Source: a virus (taxonomy: Duplodnaviria > Caudoviricetes). Taken from it: DNA of 64,000 nucleotides. The stretch covers positions 64,001-128,000 of the IMG/VR virus record IMGVR_UViG_3300033463_000025; one strand, 5' to 3'. The notes below the pieces were generated by a model that was given only the letters and a program-made list of their open reading frames with translations, made no database searches and was not told the DNA's origin. This document shows, piece by piece, positions 9,793 through 19,451 of the stretch (within the stretch, counting starts at the first letter, position 1; the number at the start of each line of letters is the position of its first letter). Position numbers and translations under genes: made by a program.

Positions 9793-10090
9793 ATCTTATT
9801 GACCGCACCTTTCTATACTTTGTCGCACACATACCTATACACTGTGGAATATAATACATTTCATTGTAAAAGCGTCTAACACAAACATTTCTTGTATCGC
9901 GCCAGCCGATTCTCTCATCGTTAATTTTTCTTTCATCAATAACCAAATCATAAATACCAAATGGAGGCATTTCCCCTTTGCGAGAATAACAGCCTACAAT
10001 ATACTTGAACATTTCTTCTTTTGTTTTAAATTCTTTGGCTTCTACAATAGATTCGGATAACGTTGAACGGTGTGGTCTGTAAATATACAT
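9782..10090 (-). CDS. hypothetical protein
   Basis: 102-aa ORF, GGAG RBS. Confidence 0.7.
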   Translation of the reverse strand: MYIYRPHRSTLSESIVEAKEFKTKEEMFKYIVGCYSRKGEMPPFGIYDLVIDERKINDERIGWRDTRNVCVRRFYNEMYYIPQCIGMCATKYRKVRSIRYAV

Positions 10091-10093
10091 ATG

Positions 10094-10459
10094 TTATCTC
10101 CCTAACATTTTCTTAAATTTTTCAGCTTGTTTAATTATATCTTTTCTATGTTCCCAAAAATAATCAAAGAATATATCCCAATTCATTCTTACTTGTTCGT
10201 ACACATCAACTTTTATTTCATCATCTACTTTTGACGAGAAATTACTAATGATTATCTCCCATTCAAACCTAGACCAATAATAATACGTCAGCTCTCTGCG
10301 GATTTCCTTTTCGAGCTTTTCACGGTCATCTTTATATTTCTTTATCCATTTAGCACTATATAAAAGAAAACTACCGTGATTAAATACATTATGTATTTCA
10401 ATTTTTCGTGTATTTAAATTAAATACAAAAACATTCCACACCACAGGTATATCGGTCAT
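10094..10459 (-). CDS. hypothetical protein
   Basis: 121-aa ORF, coupled. Confidence 0.7.
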   Translation of the reverse strand: MTDIPVVWNVFVFNLNTRKIEIHNVFNHGSFLLYSAKWIKKYKDDREKLEKEIRRELTYYYWSRFEWEIIISNFSSKVDDEIKVDVYEQVRMNWDIFFDYFWEHRKDIIKQAEKFKKMLGR

Positions 10460-10677
10460 AACGCTTCAAATTCCCTTCTCGCTTTTTCATGTTCGCCACG
10501 GTAATAATCTAAAAGGCAATCTCTAACCTCAACTTGTAAAGGCGCAGGTTCAACCAACGACTTTAGAAAAACTACTCCATCCGAATACTCTTCTAAGATA
10601 TTAATAGCCTTTTGACATTCCTCACATCGTTTCAATAATACTTTCGCTTTTTCAAAGGCTTCTATATTCATAATCAT
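10456..10677 (-). CDS. hypothetical protein
   Basis: 73-aa ORF in operon. Confidence 0.6.
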   Translation of the reverse strand: MIMNIEAFEKAKVLLKRCEECQKAINILEEYSDGVVFLKSLVEPAPLQVEVRDCLLDYYRGEHEKARREFEAL

Positions 10678-10703
10678 TCCTCATTCCATATGGGGGGCGG
10701 GGG

Positions 10704-11159
10704 TCAATCCCACAAATTAAAAAACCATTCAGAAAACAATTTAAAAAATTCGTCTTTGGCTTTTTCAACTTTTTCGTCAACTTCTTTATAATTCATTTTC
10801 TCATACTGTTTATCGTTCTCGTCCATAGCACGGCAAAGGTCAATTAATTCGGTAAGAATACTATTCCACTTTTCAGCCGCTTTATCTTGAATTTCCTTAT
10901 CACTAAGCCCTTCACCATATGAATAGAAATCAAGTGAAGCAGGATAACCAATGCCATCGTCACGCAATCTTTCAATAATCTCTGGCATTACAGATGTAAA
11001 CCAATAGTGAACACTCCACGATGCTGACATTGGATAACCGTGTTTTAACAGAAATCTCCTATGCCTAAAATAAGCTGGTATCTGTTTAATATTTCTGAAA
11101 AAGTTACGCCATGTCATATAATAAAATGCGTCCTGTGCAGGCTTGCTTAATTTTATCAT
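10704..11159 (-). CDS. hypothetical protein
   Basis: 151-aa ORF ending WFFNLWD; GGAG RBS. Confidence 0.75.
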   Translation of the reverse strand: MIKLSKPAQDAFYYMTWRNFFRNIKQIPAYFRHRRFLLKHGYPMSASWSVHYWFTSVMPEIIERLRDDGIGYPASLDFYSYGEGLSDKEIQDKAAEKWNSILTELIDLCRAMDENDKQYEKMNYKEVDEKVEKAKDEFFKLFSEWFFNLWD

Positions 11160-11171
11160 AGCACTTCTCCC

Positions 11172-11393
11172 CTATAATTTTTCTGTTAAATCTATCTTTT
11201 CTCCGCAAATACACTTTGCTATAACGATGTCGCCCAGCCCTGTTGGTGTAAACTCAAACGTTGTAGCTCCGCCTATTGCGCCAGCATATCTAATACCGTC
11301 TTTTCGGCAGGAACATTCGTGTGTCTTAACCCACTCTGCGTACTCGTCCCATTTCTTATCACTAATCTTAAAAATCATACTGTTATCCCTCAT
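11172..11393 (-). CDS. hypothetical protein
   Basis: GAIGGATTFEFTPTGLG...CICG, a recurrent phage small-protein pattern. Confidence 0.65.
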   Translation of the reverse strand: MRDNSMIFKISDKKWDEYAEWVKTHECSCRKDGIRYAGAIGGATTFEFTPTGLGDIVIAKCICGEKIDLTEKL

Positions 11394-11449
11394 TATGTAG
11401 CGTTAGGCACAAGTCATATTAACCTGTGCCTAACTGTGTTCTCATATCT

Positions 11450-11947
11450 TTATCCATTCACTCTTCTAACTCTTGCTTTGGGTTTATCATTTAGAGATAT
11501 TTTGCGAATGTTAAAGTCACGATTCTTTCTTATGTATTCTTCAAAGCTAAATTGGTCGGTGTTATAGTCGTACTCAATTTTAAACCTTAAAGAGCGAAAA
11601 CCACTAACGCAAAGTGTAGCAGACATATTGTTACCGATTTTAGAAAACGCGACTATTGCAACCCGAATATCGTCATCGTGGCAAGCATCAACCGCACAAA
11701 CATATTCTTCCTTGACATATTCTGCAACAACGCTTTTAGCGATAAGTGTAAACTCATCAGCCGATGTAATCTTTTGGCTCTTCTCTCTTTCATACACACT
11801 TGCCATATCCTTCAACAAGTCAATGGACGTTCGCCAATAACCAAGCTCGTCCTTCAGAGTAATACCATACTTTGATGATGCTTGAGTAATATCAATAACA
11901 TCATCTAAATCGTTAATTGCTTCAAACAATGCGTCTGCATAACTCAT
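11450..11947 (-). CDS. hypothetical protein
   Basis: 165-aa ORF, GAGG RBS. Confidence 0.7.
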   Translation of the reverse strand: MSYADALFEAINDLDDVIDITQASSKYGITLKDELGYWRTSIDLLKDMASVYEREKSQKITSADEFTLIAKSVVAEYVKEEYVCAVDACHDDDIRVAIVAFSKIGNNMSATLCVSGFRSLRFKIEYDYNTDQFSFEEYIRKNRDFNIRKISLNDKPKARVRRVNG

Positions 11948-12031
11948 AATAAACCTCTATTTTTTACGATGAAATGATAGTTTTATCTTATTTATCGCCG
12001 TTCGTATTTTGTCGAGTTGTCGCCGTAAACT

Positions 12032-12571
12032 TCAAACGCTTTCGGCTTTACATACAGAACGAGCATACGCATCCTCAACATCTGTACTAAACGAAACACC
12101 AATGCGAGGGTATTTCATATCTGCAAAGATTTCTTCGGCAATATCCTGAAGCAGAACGCTCATAATGCCATAAGGACTATCGAGCTGGTCGTTAAAGAAC
12201 TGCACTACACACTTTGTAAACATTACATAGGTAAACGGAACATACCATGTATTTTCAGGAACGACGACACGCGAAAGCGCAGGATTCTTAGAGAACGCAA
12301 CTTCAAACAGCTCTTTTGCCGTTACAAATGCGCGGTTGCTAATCTTCGCACAGTCAACGTCAATAGTCAGAATAATGTTGCCAAACAATTTTTGCTGTGG
12401 CAAAAGCAAAAGTAATGCCGCCGCCTTTTCGGAATTGTTGGTTGCTAAAACAACTTTCAGATTTGAATAGTCAATATTGAAAGCAATCTCAGGGTCACCA
12501 TCAAACATCGCCTGTAACTTGTTAATGTAGGTAATCCAGGGTGGTGAAATCTTTAATCTATTATCGGTCAT
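12032..12571 (-). CDS. hypothetical protein
   Basis: 179-aa ORF, AAGGAG RBS. Confidence 0.75.
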   Translation of the reverse strand: MTDNRLKISPPWITYINKLQAMFDGDPEIAFNIDYSNLKVVLATNNSEKAAALLLLLPQQKLFGNIILTIDVDCAKISNRAFVTAKELFEVAFSKNPALSRVVVPENTWYVPFTYVMFTKCVVQFFNDQLDSPYGIMSVLLQDIAEEIFADMKYPRIGVSFSTDVEDAYARSVCKAESV

Positions 12572-12595
12572 AATAAATCACTCCTTAATATCAAT

Positions 12596-12808
12596 TTAAA
12601 AATATTTGTGAAAAATAGCTCGAAGAGTTTTCTTCCACTTTCCATTTACTAATTCATAGCCGTTAATGTAAACCTTATTATCTATGACGGTGCTATTATA
12701 TCCTCTGCCTGGGAGTTTATATTTAACGTCATTAATAAAATCATAATCATCTTGAATTTTGACGACAGTATTATTATCGCCATTGATGTGAATGTTACTA
12801 TAATTCAA
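12596..12808 (-). CDS. hypothetical protein
   Basis: TTG start with GGAG RBS. Confidence 0.6.
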   Translation of the reverse strand: MNYSNIHINGDNNTVVKIQDDYDFINDVKYKLPGRGYNSTVIDNKVYINGYELVNGKWKKTLRAIFHKYF

Positions 12809-12825
12809 TACTATCTACTCCATTA

Positions 12826-13215
12826 TTAATACCAATCTCCAAAATCAACATTATATTCGGACAAATACTTTCTTACTTCTTTGTCACATTCTGGGCATTT
12901 AGTAGAAGCACAAAAACTATCGGTAAGTTTTGTAACAATAAAAGATTGTGGTGGAACAATAAACTTACAACCGCAACGCCGACATTGAAATTTCATATTC
13001 TTCTTAATCATTTTTATGACTTTACTCGGCTTTACAATAGATTTATTACTACTATCTTCAGCTTTGGCAATAATTTCATCTATCACTTGTTGAATACCGA
13101 TTGTAAACATACCCCTGTCGGTTGTGTTTAATTGAGAAACGAGAATGTAATCCTTTTCCTTTATAATTCTCAACAGTTCATCAGCATCAATAAGTCTGCG
13201 GTGTCGTTTATTCAT
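12826..13215 (-). CDS. hypothetical protein with C-terminal zinc ribbon
   Basis: RLIDADEL N-terminus; CRRC...CPEC. Confidence 0.7.
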   Translation of the reverse strand: MNKRHRRLIDADELLRIIKEKDYILVSQLNTTDRGMFTIGIQQVIDEIIAKAEDSSNKSIVKPSKVIKMIKKNMKFQCRRCGCKFIVPPQSFIVTKLTDSFCASTKCPECDKEVRKYLSEYNVDFGDWY

Positions 13216-13337
13216 TTCAAATCACCTTCGATTATTCTTATTTCTTAACTAAACTCGTCTATCCTGTTTTTAATATCCGAAACAGCCATAGTTTTTAGCA
13301 TTTTTATATGATTAAAAACGGATTTGCCGTAATTAAC

Positions 13338-13589
13338 CTAAGCACTTTCGCTTTGTCTGTACTTATCCCATATATGGTACGCTTCAAACAAACTCGTCGT
13401 TGCCGTCCAAGTGTCAAAATTACACCAAATAATATATACAGGTGAGCTATAGTGAACTCGGTTATCATATTCAAACTCTCTTGTGACTTTATATAATCCA
13501 TTACCACGACTACCTTCAAGCCGAAAGAGAATAGAATTGTTTTCTTCACATAACTTTACCCATTTATCGAAGTGTGTAACTTTATTCAT
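13338..13589 (-). CDS. hypothetical protein
   Basis: 83-aa ORF overlapping the upstream stop. Confidence 0.55.
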   Translation of the reverse strand: MNKVTHFDKWVKLCEENNSILFRLEGSRGNGLYKVTREFEYDNRVHYSSPVYIIWCNFDTWTATTSLFEAYHIWDKYRQSESA

Positions 13590-14394
13590 ATGGTTCTACC
13601 AGAGGAATAATCTCCTTGAAATGACAATAGAATTTTGGTGCTAATGCTCTACCAGTGAAATGTAAATGACCGCCGTGCCATTCCTTAAACTCTAAGCCGT
13701 TATCTAATAGCTCATCAAGATATTTTTCAACAGCATCAGCATCATAGAAGCCAACGAGTGAACAAATACTATGCGGAAATGTATGTGTAAAAACATAATC
13801 AACTTTATATCCGCACTTCTCAAGGTTTTGTTTGCCACGTTCAAATTCTTCTTCTGTTGGGATTTCTCTTTCCCACCAAGACATCTTATTGACGCGAAAA
13901 TACTTACCTTGAGCCTGTCGCCTATTATATGCGTTTACAAATCCTCTACGGTCTTTATAGTCTTCCATTTCCATAATACCGTCTTTAATATCATGTGAGC
14001 TTGCTCCACCCATCACAAAACATTTCTTTCCGTCGAAGTCAAATACATAACCTCGCATAAGATGAAATACTTTATCACGGATTTCATGAGCTTTACCACC
14101 ATGAAAATCAACGATAGGAAATTCATCACTATATAACCGACCGTAATTCTCGTGATTCCCGTCCACAAAACAGGTTACATAAGGTTTATCATTCAACCAA
14201 TCGAGCCAGTAATTCTCTTCTGGGATATTTGCAACGCCAAACCGCCATCTCGCATTTGGGTCATTACACCAAATCCCGCCGAAGTCACCAAGAATAATCA
14301 TTGTATCATTCTCGGTAAGCTCGTTTTGCTCAGGAAAATTGTATTTTGAAAACCTATGAAAATCTGCGTGGGTATCTCCTGTTATGTAAATCAT
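13582..14394 (-). CDS. calcineurin-like metallophosphoesterase
   Basis: TGDTH, LGDFG, DGNHE, THT, GHLH motifs. Confidence 0.9.
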   Translation of the reverse strand: MIYITGDTHADFHRFSKYNFPEQNELTENDTMIILGDFGGIWCNDPNARWRFGVANIPEENYWLDWLNDKPYVTCFVDGNHENYGRLYSDEFPIVDFHGGKAHEIRDKVFHLMRGYVFDFDGKKCFVMGGASSHDIKDGIMEMEDYKDRRGFVNAYNRRQAQGKYFRVNKMSWWEREIPTEEEFERGKQNLEKCGYKVDYVFTHTFPHSICSLVGFYDADAVEKYLDELLDNGLEFKEWHGGHLHFTGRALAPKFYCHFKEIIPLVEPYE

Positions 14395-14846
14395 TAGAAC
14401 GGAAGGTCATCGTCAAGCGGTAATGTTTCAAAACCATCGGAAGACGGTGCTGATACCGATGCTGAAGTCGAAGTCGATGTTGCATTATCACTCACACTAA
14501 TGTTGGGCGCATTACTACCGTTCCGTTTTTCGCCTGTAAAAGATACCTTTTCAACTGCGATACTATATGCAGTACGGTTCTTACCTTCTTTGTCGGTATA
14601 TTTGTTGCTTTGAAGTTGTCCAGCAACAGCAATCATAGCACCCTTACCAAAGTTCCTTGCAATAAACTCTCCCTTTTGTCCCCAAGCTGTACAAGGGATA
14701 AAGTCTGTTGCACGTTCAGTAGAGCCAGCTTTTTGATAATCACGGTCAACCGCTACGGTAAAATTGACAAATGATTTACCGCCGTTCGTGGTCTTCACTT
14801 CTGGCTCTGCTACAATTCTCCCCATACAAATAAACTGATTAAGCAT
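14394..14846 (-). CDS. ssb: single-stranded DNA-binding protein
   Basis: OB-fold motifs and acidic DDDLPF tail. Confidence 0.95.
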   Translation of the reverse strand: MLNQFICMGRIVAEPEVKTTNGGKSFVNFTVAVDRDYQKAGSTERATDFIPCTAWGQKGEFIARNFGKGAMIAVAGQLQSNKYTDKEGKNRTAYSIAVEKVSFTGEKRNGSNAPNISVSDNATSTSTSASVSAPSSDGFETLPLDDDLPF

Positions 14847-14887
14847 TATTATTTATCCTTTCTAATATAGGTTTATTACTTATACTC

Positions 14888-14912
14888 AACTGTTCGGAAT
14901 TTCCGAACAGTT
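14888..14912. repeat. perfect 12-bp inverted repeat downstream of tRNA-Pro
   Basis: AACTGTTCGGAA-T-TTCCGAACAGTT. Confidence 0.7.
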
Positions 14913-14917
14913 TAATA

Positions 14918-14991
14918 TGGTGCAAAATGTCGGAGTCGAACCGCCCTTCTACATCCCAAATGTAGTGTGCTACCGCCACACCCCATTCTGC
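14918..14991 (-). tRNA. tRNA-Pro(TGG)
   Basis: Anticodon arm CTACA-TTTGGGA-TGTAG, GTTCGA T-loop, encoded CCA. Confidence 0.85.
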
Positions 14992-15070
14992 CTGTTAAAC
15001 CCTCTCGACCAAAGAGGGTATTTAGTTTCATCCGAGGTCTTATGTCGTGTCTGAACGCCCCGAAGGTCAT

Positions 15071-15156
15071 TGGTGCTGGTGGAGGGACTTGAACCCTCAC
15101 GCCGTATTGACATCGGAGCTTAAATCCGATGCGTCTGCCAATTCCGCCACACCAGC
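15071..15156 (-). tRNA. tRNA-Leu(TAA)
   Basis: GCTGGTG acceptor, TCGGA-TTTAAGC-TCCGA, long variable arm, encoded CCA. Confidence 0.92.
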
Positions 15157-15175
15157 ATATATGTTCAAGCTGGTG

Positions 15176-15442
15176 CTATGAAACCTTTTTATCAAGCCAT
15201 TTATATAGATTATCTATATCACGTTGGCACTCAATTCTAAACGATACTTCGTAATCGCCGTGCGTAACGCCTCTAAATGTTATACTCCACACTCTTCCAT
15301 CACGGCTGTCAAAGCAAGAGTCAATACATTTTATAGCTCTTCGGTGTCGTATGTGATTTATTTCATACATATGTTCACCCCAAGAGTTATTCTTTTTTAT
15401 GTATTCAAGTAATTTGCAGAATTGTTCAGGTGTCATTTCCAA
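15176..15442 (-). CDS. hypothetical protein
   Basis: 88-aa ORF coupled to the RT stop. Confidence 0.6.
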   Translation of the reverse strand: MEMTPEQFCKLLEYIKKNNSWGEHMYEINHIRHRRAIKCIDSCFDSRDGRVWSITFRGVTHGDYEVSFRIECQRDIDNLYKWLDKKVS

Positions 15443-16530
15443 TTCCTTTTCTTTTTCTTTGCTCTCTTTTCAATTTTTGATATTACAGATTTTTCTACCA
15501 ATTCAAAACCAGCAATATCATTGATTCTGTGGTCTAAGCGTATGCCTACCGTATGACAATCAGCACGAGAAATATGCTCACGCCATGAGTAATAAGATTG
15601 CCTAAACTTTTCAACGGTCAACCTACCTGCGGCGACAAGTTTTGCCATCTTTACATATTTTCTTTGTGCTGTTCGTTTCTTAGAATTATCTAACCTTCGT
15701 ACAATCACGCCGCTATTGGTGATATATGTATGGAATCCTAAGAACGCAATCCCGTTTTTAATAGGAAATATCTGTGTCTTATTATTTAGCTTTAATCCAA
15801 GTGATTCAATAAAGCTCGTAATGGCTTCTAAACAGTATTTAAGATATTCTAAATCGTGATGTACAAGATAGAAGTCATCCATATACCTGCCGAAATAAGC
15901 AATACCAAGTTCGCCAGTTATAAGTTTATCTAATCCATCCAAGTATAATACAGCAAACATCTGATTAACTTGATTGCCTAACGGCAAGCCAACATCTTCC
16001 GTGCTGTCAATAAACTTGTTACACAGCCACACAATTCCTTCGTCATATCCAAAATAGTATTCAACTATATCTTTCAATAAATCATGCGGTATGTTGTAGA
16101 AATATTTAGATATATCACACTTGAGAATATAGCCATTAAGACCGTGCCTTTTATAAAAGTTCTTTAAATGTTTGCTTAATTGATTAAGTGCTAAATCAAT
16201 TCCTTTACCGTCTTGCCCTGCGTAGTTATCTAATAAAAAGATTTCTTTTGAACGCAACTGCAAAACATTATCACACAGGCTATGCTGTACAACATTATCT
16301 TTAAAACCAGCGACTTTGATTTCACGCTCTTTAGGTTCAAAAACTAAAAAGGTATTATAAGCATCAAGTTCATACGTTCTGTTTTCAAGAAGTGATTTGA
16401 TAGTTAGTACACCATCTAACGCACTAATGTCAAACTTAGCTGTACTCTTCTTTTTACCTCTACCACATTTAGCATCCTTAAAAGCGTTATAAATGTTTTT
16501 AAAATCCGTTACTAATTCAAAATCTGTTAT
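15433..16530 (-). CDS. DGR reverse transcriptase (about 365 aa, probable ATA start)
   Basis: Frame open from 16530: ITDFELVTDFKNIY...FEPKEREI...FKDNVVQHSLCD...GKG...LKCDISKYF...GLPLGNQ...RYMDD...FLG. Confidence 0.95.
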   Translation of the reverse strand: MTDFELVTDFKNIYNAFKDAKCGRGKKKSTAKFDISALDGVLTIKSLLENRTYELDAYNTFLVFEPKEREIKVAGFKDNVVQHSLCDNVLQLRSKEIFLLDNYAGQDGKGIDLALNQLSKHLKNFYKRHGLNGYILKCDISKYFYNIPHDLLKDIVEYYFGYDEGIVWLCNKFIDSTEDVGLPLGNQVNQMFAVLYLDGLDKLITGELGIAYFGRYMDDFYLVHHDLEYLKYCLEAITSFIESLGLKLNNKTQIFPIKNGIAFLGFHTYITNSGVIVRRLDNSKKRTAQRKYVKMAKLVAAGRLTVEKFRQSYYSWREHISRADCHTVGIRLDHRINDIAGFELVEKSVISKIEKRAKKKKRNWK

Positions 16531-16639
16531 ACAGCATTACCTCTTTGCTTTTTATCCCTATTGGGAAGGGTCATACATTCTTTTGGCAGTGGTGCATTGA
16601 TTTCCGCCTTTTGCGTACTCTGTCGAGCTATCCACCAAT

Positions 16640-16708
16640 ACGGACGAAGCCCATTCTCGTTGTTGTAGTTGTTGTTGTTGATGTTACCGTGAGGCGACAC
16701 ACAAAGAG
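16640..16708 (-). repeat. DGR template repeat (TR)
   Basis: AAC-rich (CVSPHGNINNNNYNNENGLRP), between avd and RT; differs from both VRs only at adenines. Confidence 0.95.
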
Positions 16709-16735
16709 AAAGGTTACAACGCATAACCCATATAA

Positions 16736-17107
16736 CTACTTGTATTCTGACGTTCTCCACGCAATAGATAAGTGTTTTACATCTTTTACCAAACCACTCC
16801 AATATTCCGCAGACTTGTCTGACAACAATTTAATTTCCATTGAAAGCTCGATATAAAATAATAGTTCATCGCAATATGCAATAGCTTTAGTAATTGCTTC
16901 ACAACGCTCCGCTTTATTGCGTCTATTATCAATTCGATTTGCTTCTAACAGTGTATCAAATATATCTAAACACTTAATTTGTATTTTATCTCCGAGAGAG
17001 TGACGATATTTCTTAGGGTATCTATCGCTATTTGAAGTTATAATATATGTATGTTTCGCAAGCTCTTTGGCTTTAGAAACAACTATCGGTTCATCATTTC
17101 GTGACAT
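16736..17107 (-). CDS. avd: DGR accessory variability determinant (Avd-like four-helix bundle)
   Basis: 123-aa helical protein, YPKKYRHSLGDKI motif, canonical position between target and TR. Confidence 0.85.
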   Translation of the reverse strand: MSRNDEPIVVSKAKELAKHTYIITSNSDRYPKKYRHSLGDKIQIKCLDIFDTLLEANRIDNRRNKAERCEAITKAIAYCDELLFYIELSMEIKLLSDKSAEYWSGLVKDVKHLSIAWRTSEYK

Positions 17108-17730
17108 TAGTTCGTTGGAGATACAAAGATATTAGAGTCAAAGATACAAAACGGACGAAGCCCATACTCGCGGTTGTAGACGTAGTGGTCGATGTCACCG
17201 CGAGGCGACACACACTTTACCCAAGTGCTATCCTCATGCTTAGGTGTGCTAAACGCCGTAACCAGCCACCACCATTTATTGACTTTAAACTTATCAAGAA
17301 TATCGACATACCTACGATACAGGTTTGTGGTAAGCAAAGAAACCTTACGCTTAACCTTGCCATAATCCTTCAGACCATCATCAGAAGTAAGGTCAACCGT
17401 GTGTAAAACAAGATTATCTGCTCCGATAATACTCTCAATTTCTGTGGCGAAAACTTTACAAGCATCATCAGCAAGCGAGCCATCAAAGTTATTGTTCTTG
17501 TTGCTAAACTTTTGGCAATCCTTGAGAAGATTTTTACAGATTACTGCGGTTGTAAAAGCTGAATGTTCAAGTACAATAAACTCGTACTTACCAATCTTGA
17601 ATGTTCTACCTGCTTTCAGACTTCCTAACTGCACAGCACCAATACCGAAACTATCTTGGATTTCAGCTACTTGTGCATCGGTTAAGAAAATCTTTTGACC
17701 GTTAAGCTGAATAAAATTCTTGTTTGCCAT
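17107..17730 (-). CDS. DGR target protein 1 (DUF6273/C-type-lectin-like fold, tentative)
   Basis: WWWLVT...CVSPRG...YGLRPF C-terminus containing VR1; ATG 17730 with GGAGG RBS. Confidence 0.9.
   Translation of the reverse strand: MANKNFIQLNGQKIFLTDAQVAEIQDSFGIGAVQLGSLKAGRTFKIGKYEFIVLEHSAFTTAVICKNLLKDCQKFSNKNNNFDGSLADDACKVFATEIESIIGADNLVLHTVDLTSDDGLKDYGKVKRKVSLLTTNLYRRYVDILDKFKVNKWWWLVTAFSTPKHEDSTWVKCVSPRGDIDHYVYNREYGLRPFCIFDSNIFVSPTN
17151..17214 (-). repeat. DGR variable repeat VR1
   Basis: 64-nt match to TR with 10 mismatches, all at TR adenines. Confidence 0.95.
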
Positions 17731-17771
17731 TTTTGATTTCCTCCAACTATTATTAAAAATTTTCAATATTC

Positions 17772-18110
17772 TCATTTTTTGTTAGCCCTACAAATCGTTC
17801 CGTGGTTCATAAAACCCATAAATGTGTGGAATTGCAAGCTCTCAATCCAACCGTAATGTCTAATTGCATCGCGCAAATAAAACATTGTTTCGCCTTTAGC
17901 TTTTAGTGCTAAATATTCTTCAACACTTTTAATAGGTTCGCCTTTGTAATACCGTCTACGACTTTCTAAATATTCGTTATACTTTTTGTATTTTTCGCAC
18001 TCACGACAAATCTTCGCCTTTTCTCCAAAATCACGAGCATAATATCGCACATTTCCACTTTTATATTGATAGCTATATGCGTACTCGCATTTGTTACACG
18101 GTTTATTCAT
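17772..18110 (-). CDS. hypothetical protein
   Basis: 112-aa ORF with CxxC pairs. Confidence 0.65.
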   Translation of the reverse strand: MNKPCNKCEYAYSYQYKSGNVRYYARDFGEKAKICRECEKYKKYNEYLESRRRYYKGEPIKSVEEYLALKAKGETMFYLRDAIRHYGWIESLQFHTFMGFMNHGTICRANKK

Positions 18111-18111
18111 T

Positions 18112-18453
18112 TTACACCGCCACAGCTCTACTATAATAACTTGTTACTTTGTTATTCAGTGTCTTCAGATGTTCCTGCGTTTCATTATGTAACTTAAACC
18201 TGTTTACCATTTGGAGAACAAGTAAAATCTGTTCAGCGGTTAATCCGTTAAGGTTAATGGATTTGCCATTATTATTCTCTACGACCTTTTCATTTACTTT
18301 GTCTTTCAAAAGTAAAATCTGTGTTGGTGACAACTCGCAGTTTTCGTACTCTCCGAGTCTGTCATAAAGTTGCTTAATCGGAGGACAACTATGCGGAACA
18401 TTTGTACCCTTGCCAACATACCATTTATCTGTCAATCGGTTCATATAGCACAC
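18112..18453 (-). CDS. hypothetical protein
   Basis: RLT...RLGEYE pattern common in Firmicutes phages. Confidence 0.65.
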   Translation of the reverse strand: MCYMNRLTDKWYVGKGTNVPHSCPPIKQLYDRLGEYENCELSPTQILLLKDKVNEKVVENNNGKSINLNGLTAEQILLVLQMVNRFKLHNETQEHLKTLNNKVTSYYSRAVAV

Positions 18454-18459
18454 CCCTTA

Positions 18460-18935
18460 ATTAATGTTAGCCATAAATAAACGCTACAAAAGGACATCAT
18501 TCTCGTAACCTACTCTACGCTCAACTTCTTCGATAGATTGACGTAGCCACTCCATCTTAATAGTCCTTCTTCTTAAATATCTGCCCTCAGAAACAAGACC
18601 GACATCCTTTCGTAACGCTCCGCAAATCTTTTCGTGCTCTTGGTCGAGACCGCTGATGCACCAGTCGTCGGTAAGATTGCATTTTCGCCAAGCCAGTATT
18701 TTATTTCATCACATTTGCATTTCCCCGCATTAACGTAACGGTAGATGAAGTAACGCCGCACCTGTAACGGAACGAGAAACTTGTACCAAAAGTCCTCATA
18801 TATCATTTCATCCGTTCGGCTTCTCGGTTATCCTTTGGTACAGGATAATCAATTTAATATGATTACATATCAACTAAACAGCGGCACACAGTATGGCAAC
18901 TTTGTACTTGATAAAAACGCCGTAAAAATGATATA
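18460..18935 (-). ncRNA. candidate large structured ncRNA
   Basis: About 480 nt without a credible ORF, several complementary segments, near the tRNA cluster. Confidence 0.35.
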
Positions 18936-18943
18936 GTAAACAA

Positions 18944-19138
18944 CTAACCTGTGTAGTAATTTGTCTTTCCGAAAAAGTCTTTTGCTTGCGTGTTATAGCA
19001 TTGGCAAAAATTTTTCGGATTGCGTTTCATTTCTTCACCGCACTCTGGACACATATGCCCTTTGTCGGTATATTCGTGAACAGACATTATTACCTCTTCT
19101 TCATGCTCACATTTGGAGCAAATGAATTTATAAATCAT
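18944..19138 (-). CDS. FmdB-type zinc-ribbon protein
   Basis: MIYKFICSKC...CPECG. Confidence 0.8.
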   Translation of the reverse strand: MIYKFICSKCEHEEEVIMSVHEYTDKGHMCPECGEEMKRNPKNFCQCYNTQAKDFFGKTNYYTG

Positions 19139-19273
19139 TTTTATTCACCTATTGACTTATGTTATAAACTAAAAATATTATGTACTATATATTGTATTTT
19201 TCACATTGTTATACCACTATATATTGTGGTGTAATTGACAATGAAATCACAGTTTTATTAGCATTTTTAAATT

Positions 19274-19351
19274 TGGTGCATCGTCTGGGAGTCGAACCCA
19301 GCACCTGTTGATTATGAGTCAACTGCTCTAAACCTGATGAGCTAACGATAC
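19274..19351 (-). tRNA. tRNA with CAT anticodon (Ile2 or elongator Met)
   Basis: GTTGA-CTCATAA-TCAAC, GTTCGA, encoded CCA. Confidence 0.88.
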
Positions 19352-19451
19352 GTCTTTGTATCGGTCTATTCCCGATTGCCAACTATACACTCAATGAGTG
19401 CATAGATTTTAATGAAAAGAAGTAAGTAATGAATCGTTGTACGAAGACAAC

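Noticed and set aside
10691-10703. G-rich run GGGGGGCGGGGG
   Set aside because: Intergenic, interrupted, and it alters no reading frame, so it is not counted among the phase-variable tracts.
11450-11947. Segment KYGITLKDELGYWRTSIDLLKDMA resembling a tape-measure protein motif
   Set aside because: Too short to support a functional call without a search.
14912-15100. ORFs overlapping tRNA genes (also 19366..19641 and 59273..59509)
   Set aside because: The tRNA cloverleafs with CCA ends explain the sequence better.
15433-16530. RT as a group II intron, retron or Abi RT
   Set aside because: No maturase or endonuclease domain; Avd, TR and A-only-mismatched VRs identify a DGR.
16527-16802. 91-aa ORF containing NINNNNYNNEN
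   Set aside because: It is the translation of the DGR template repeat and flanks, and it overlaps avd; TRs are typically open because they mirror the VR.
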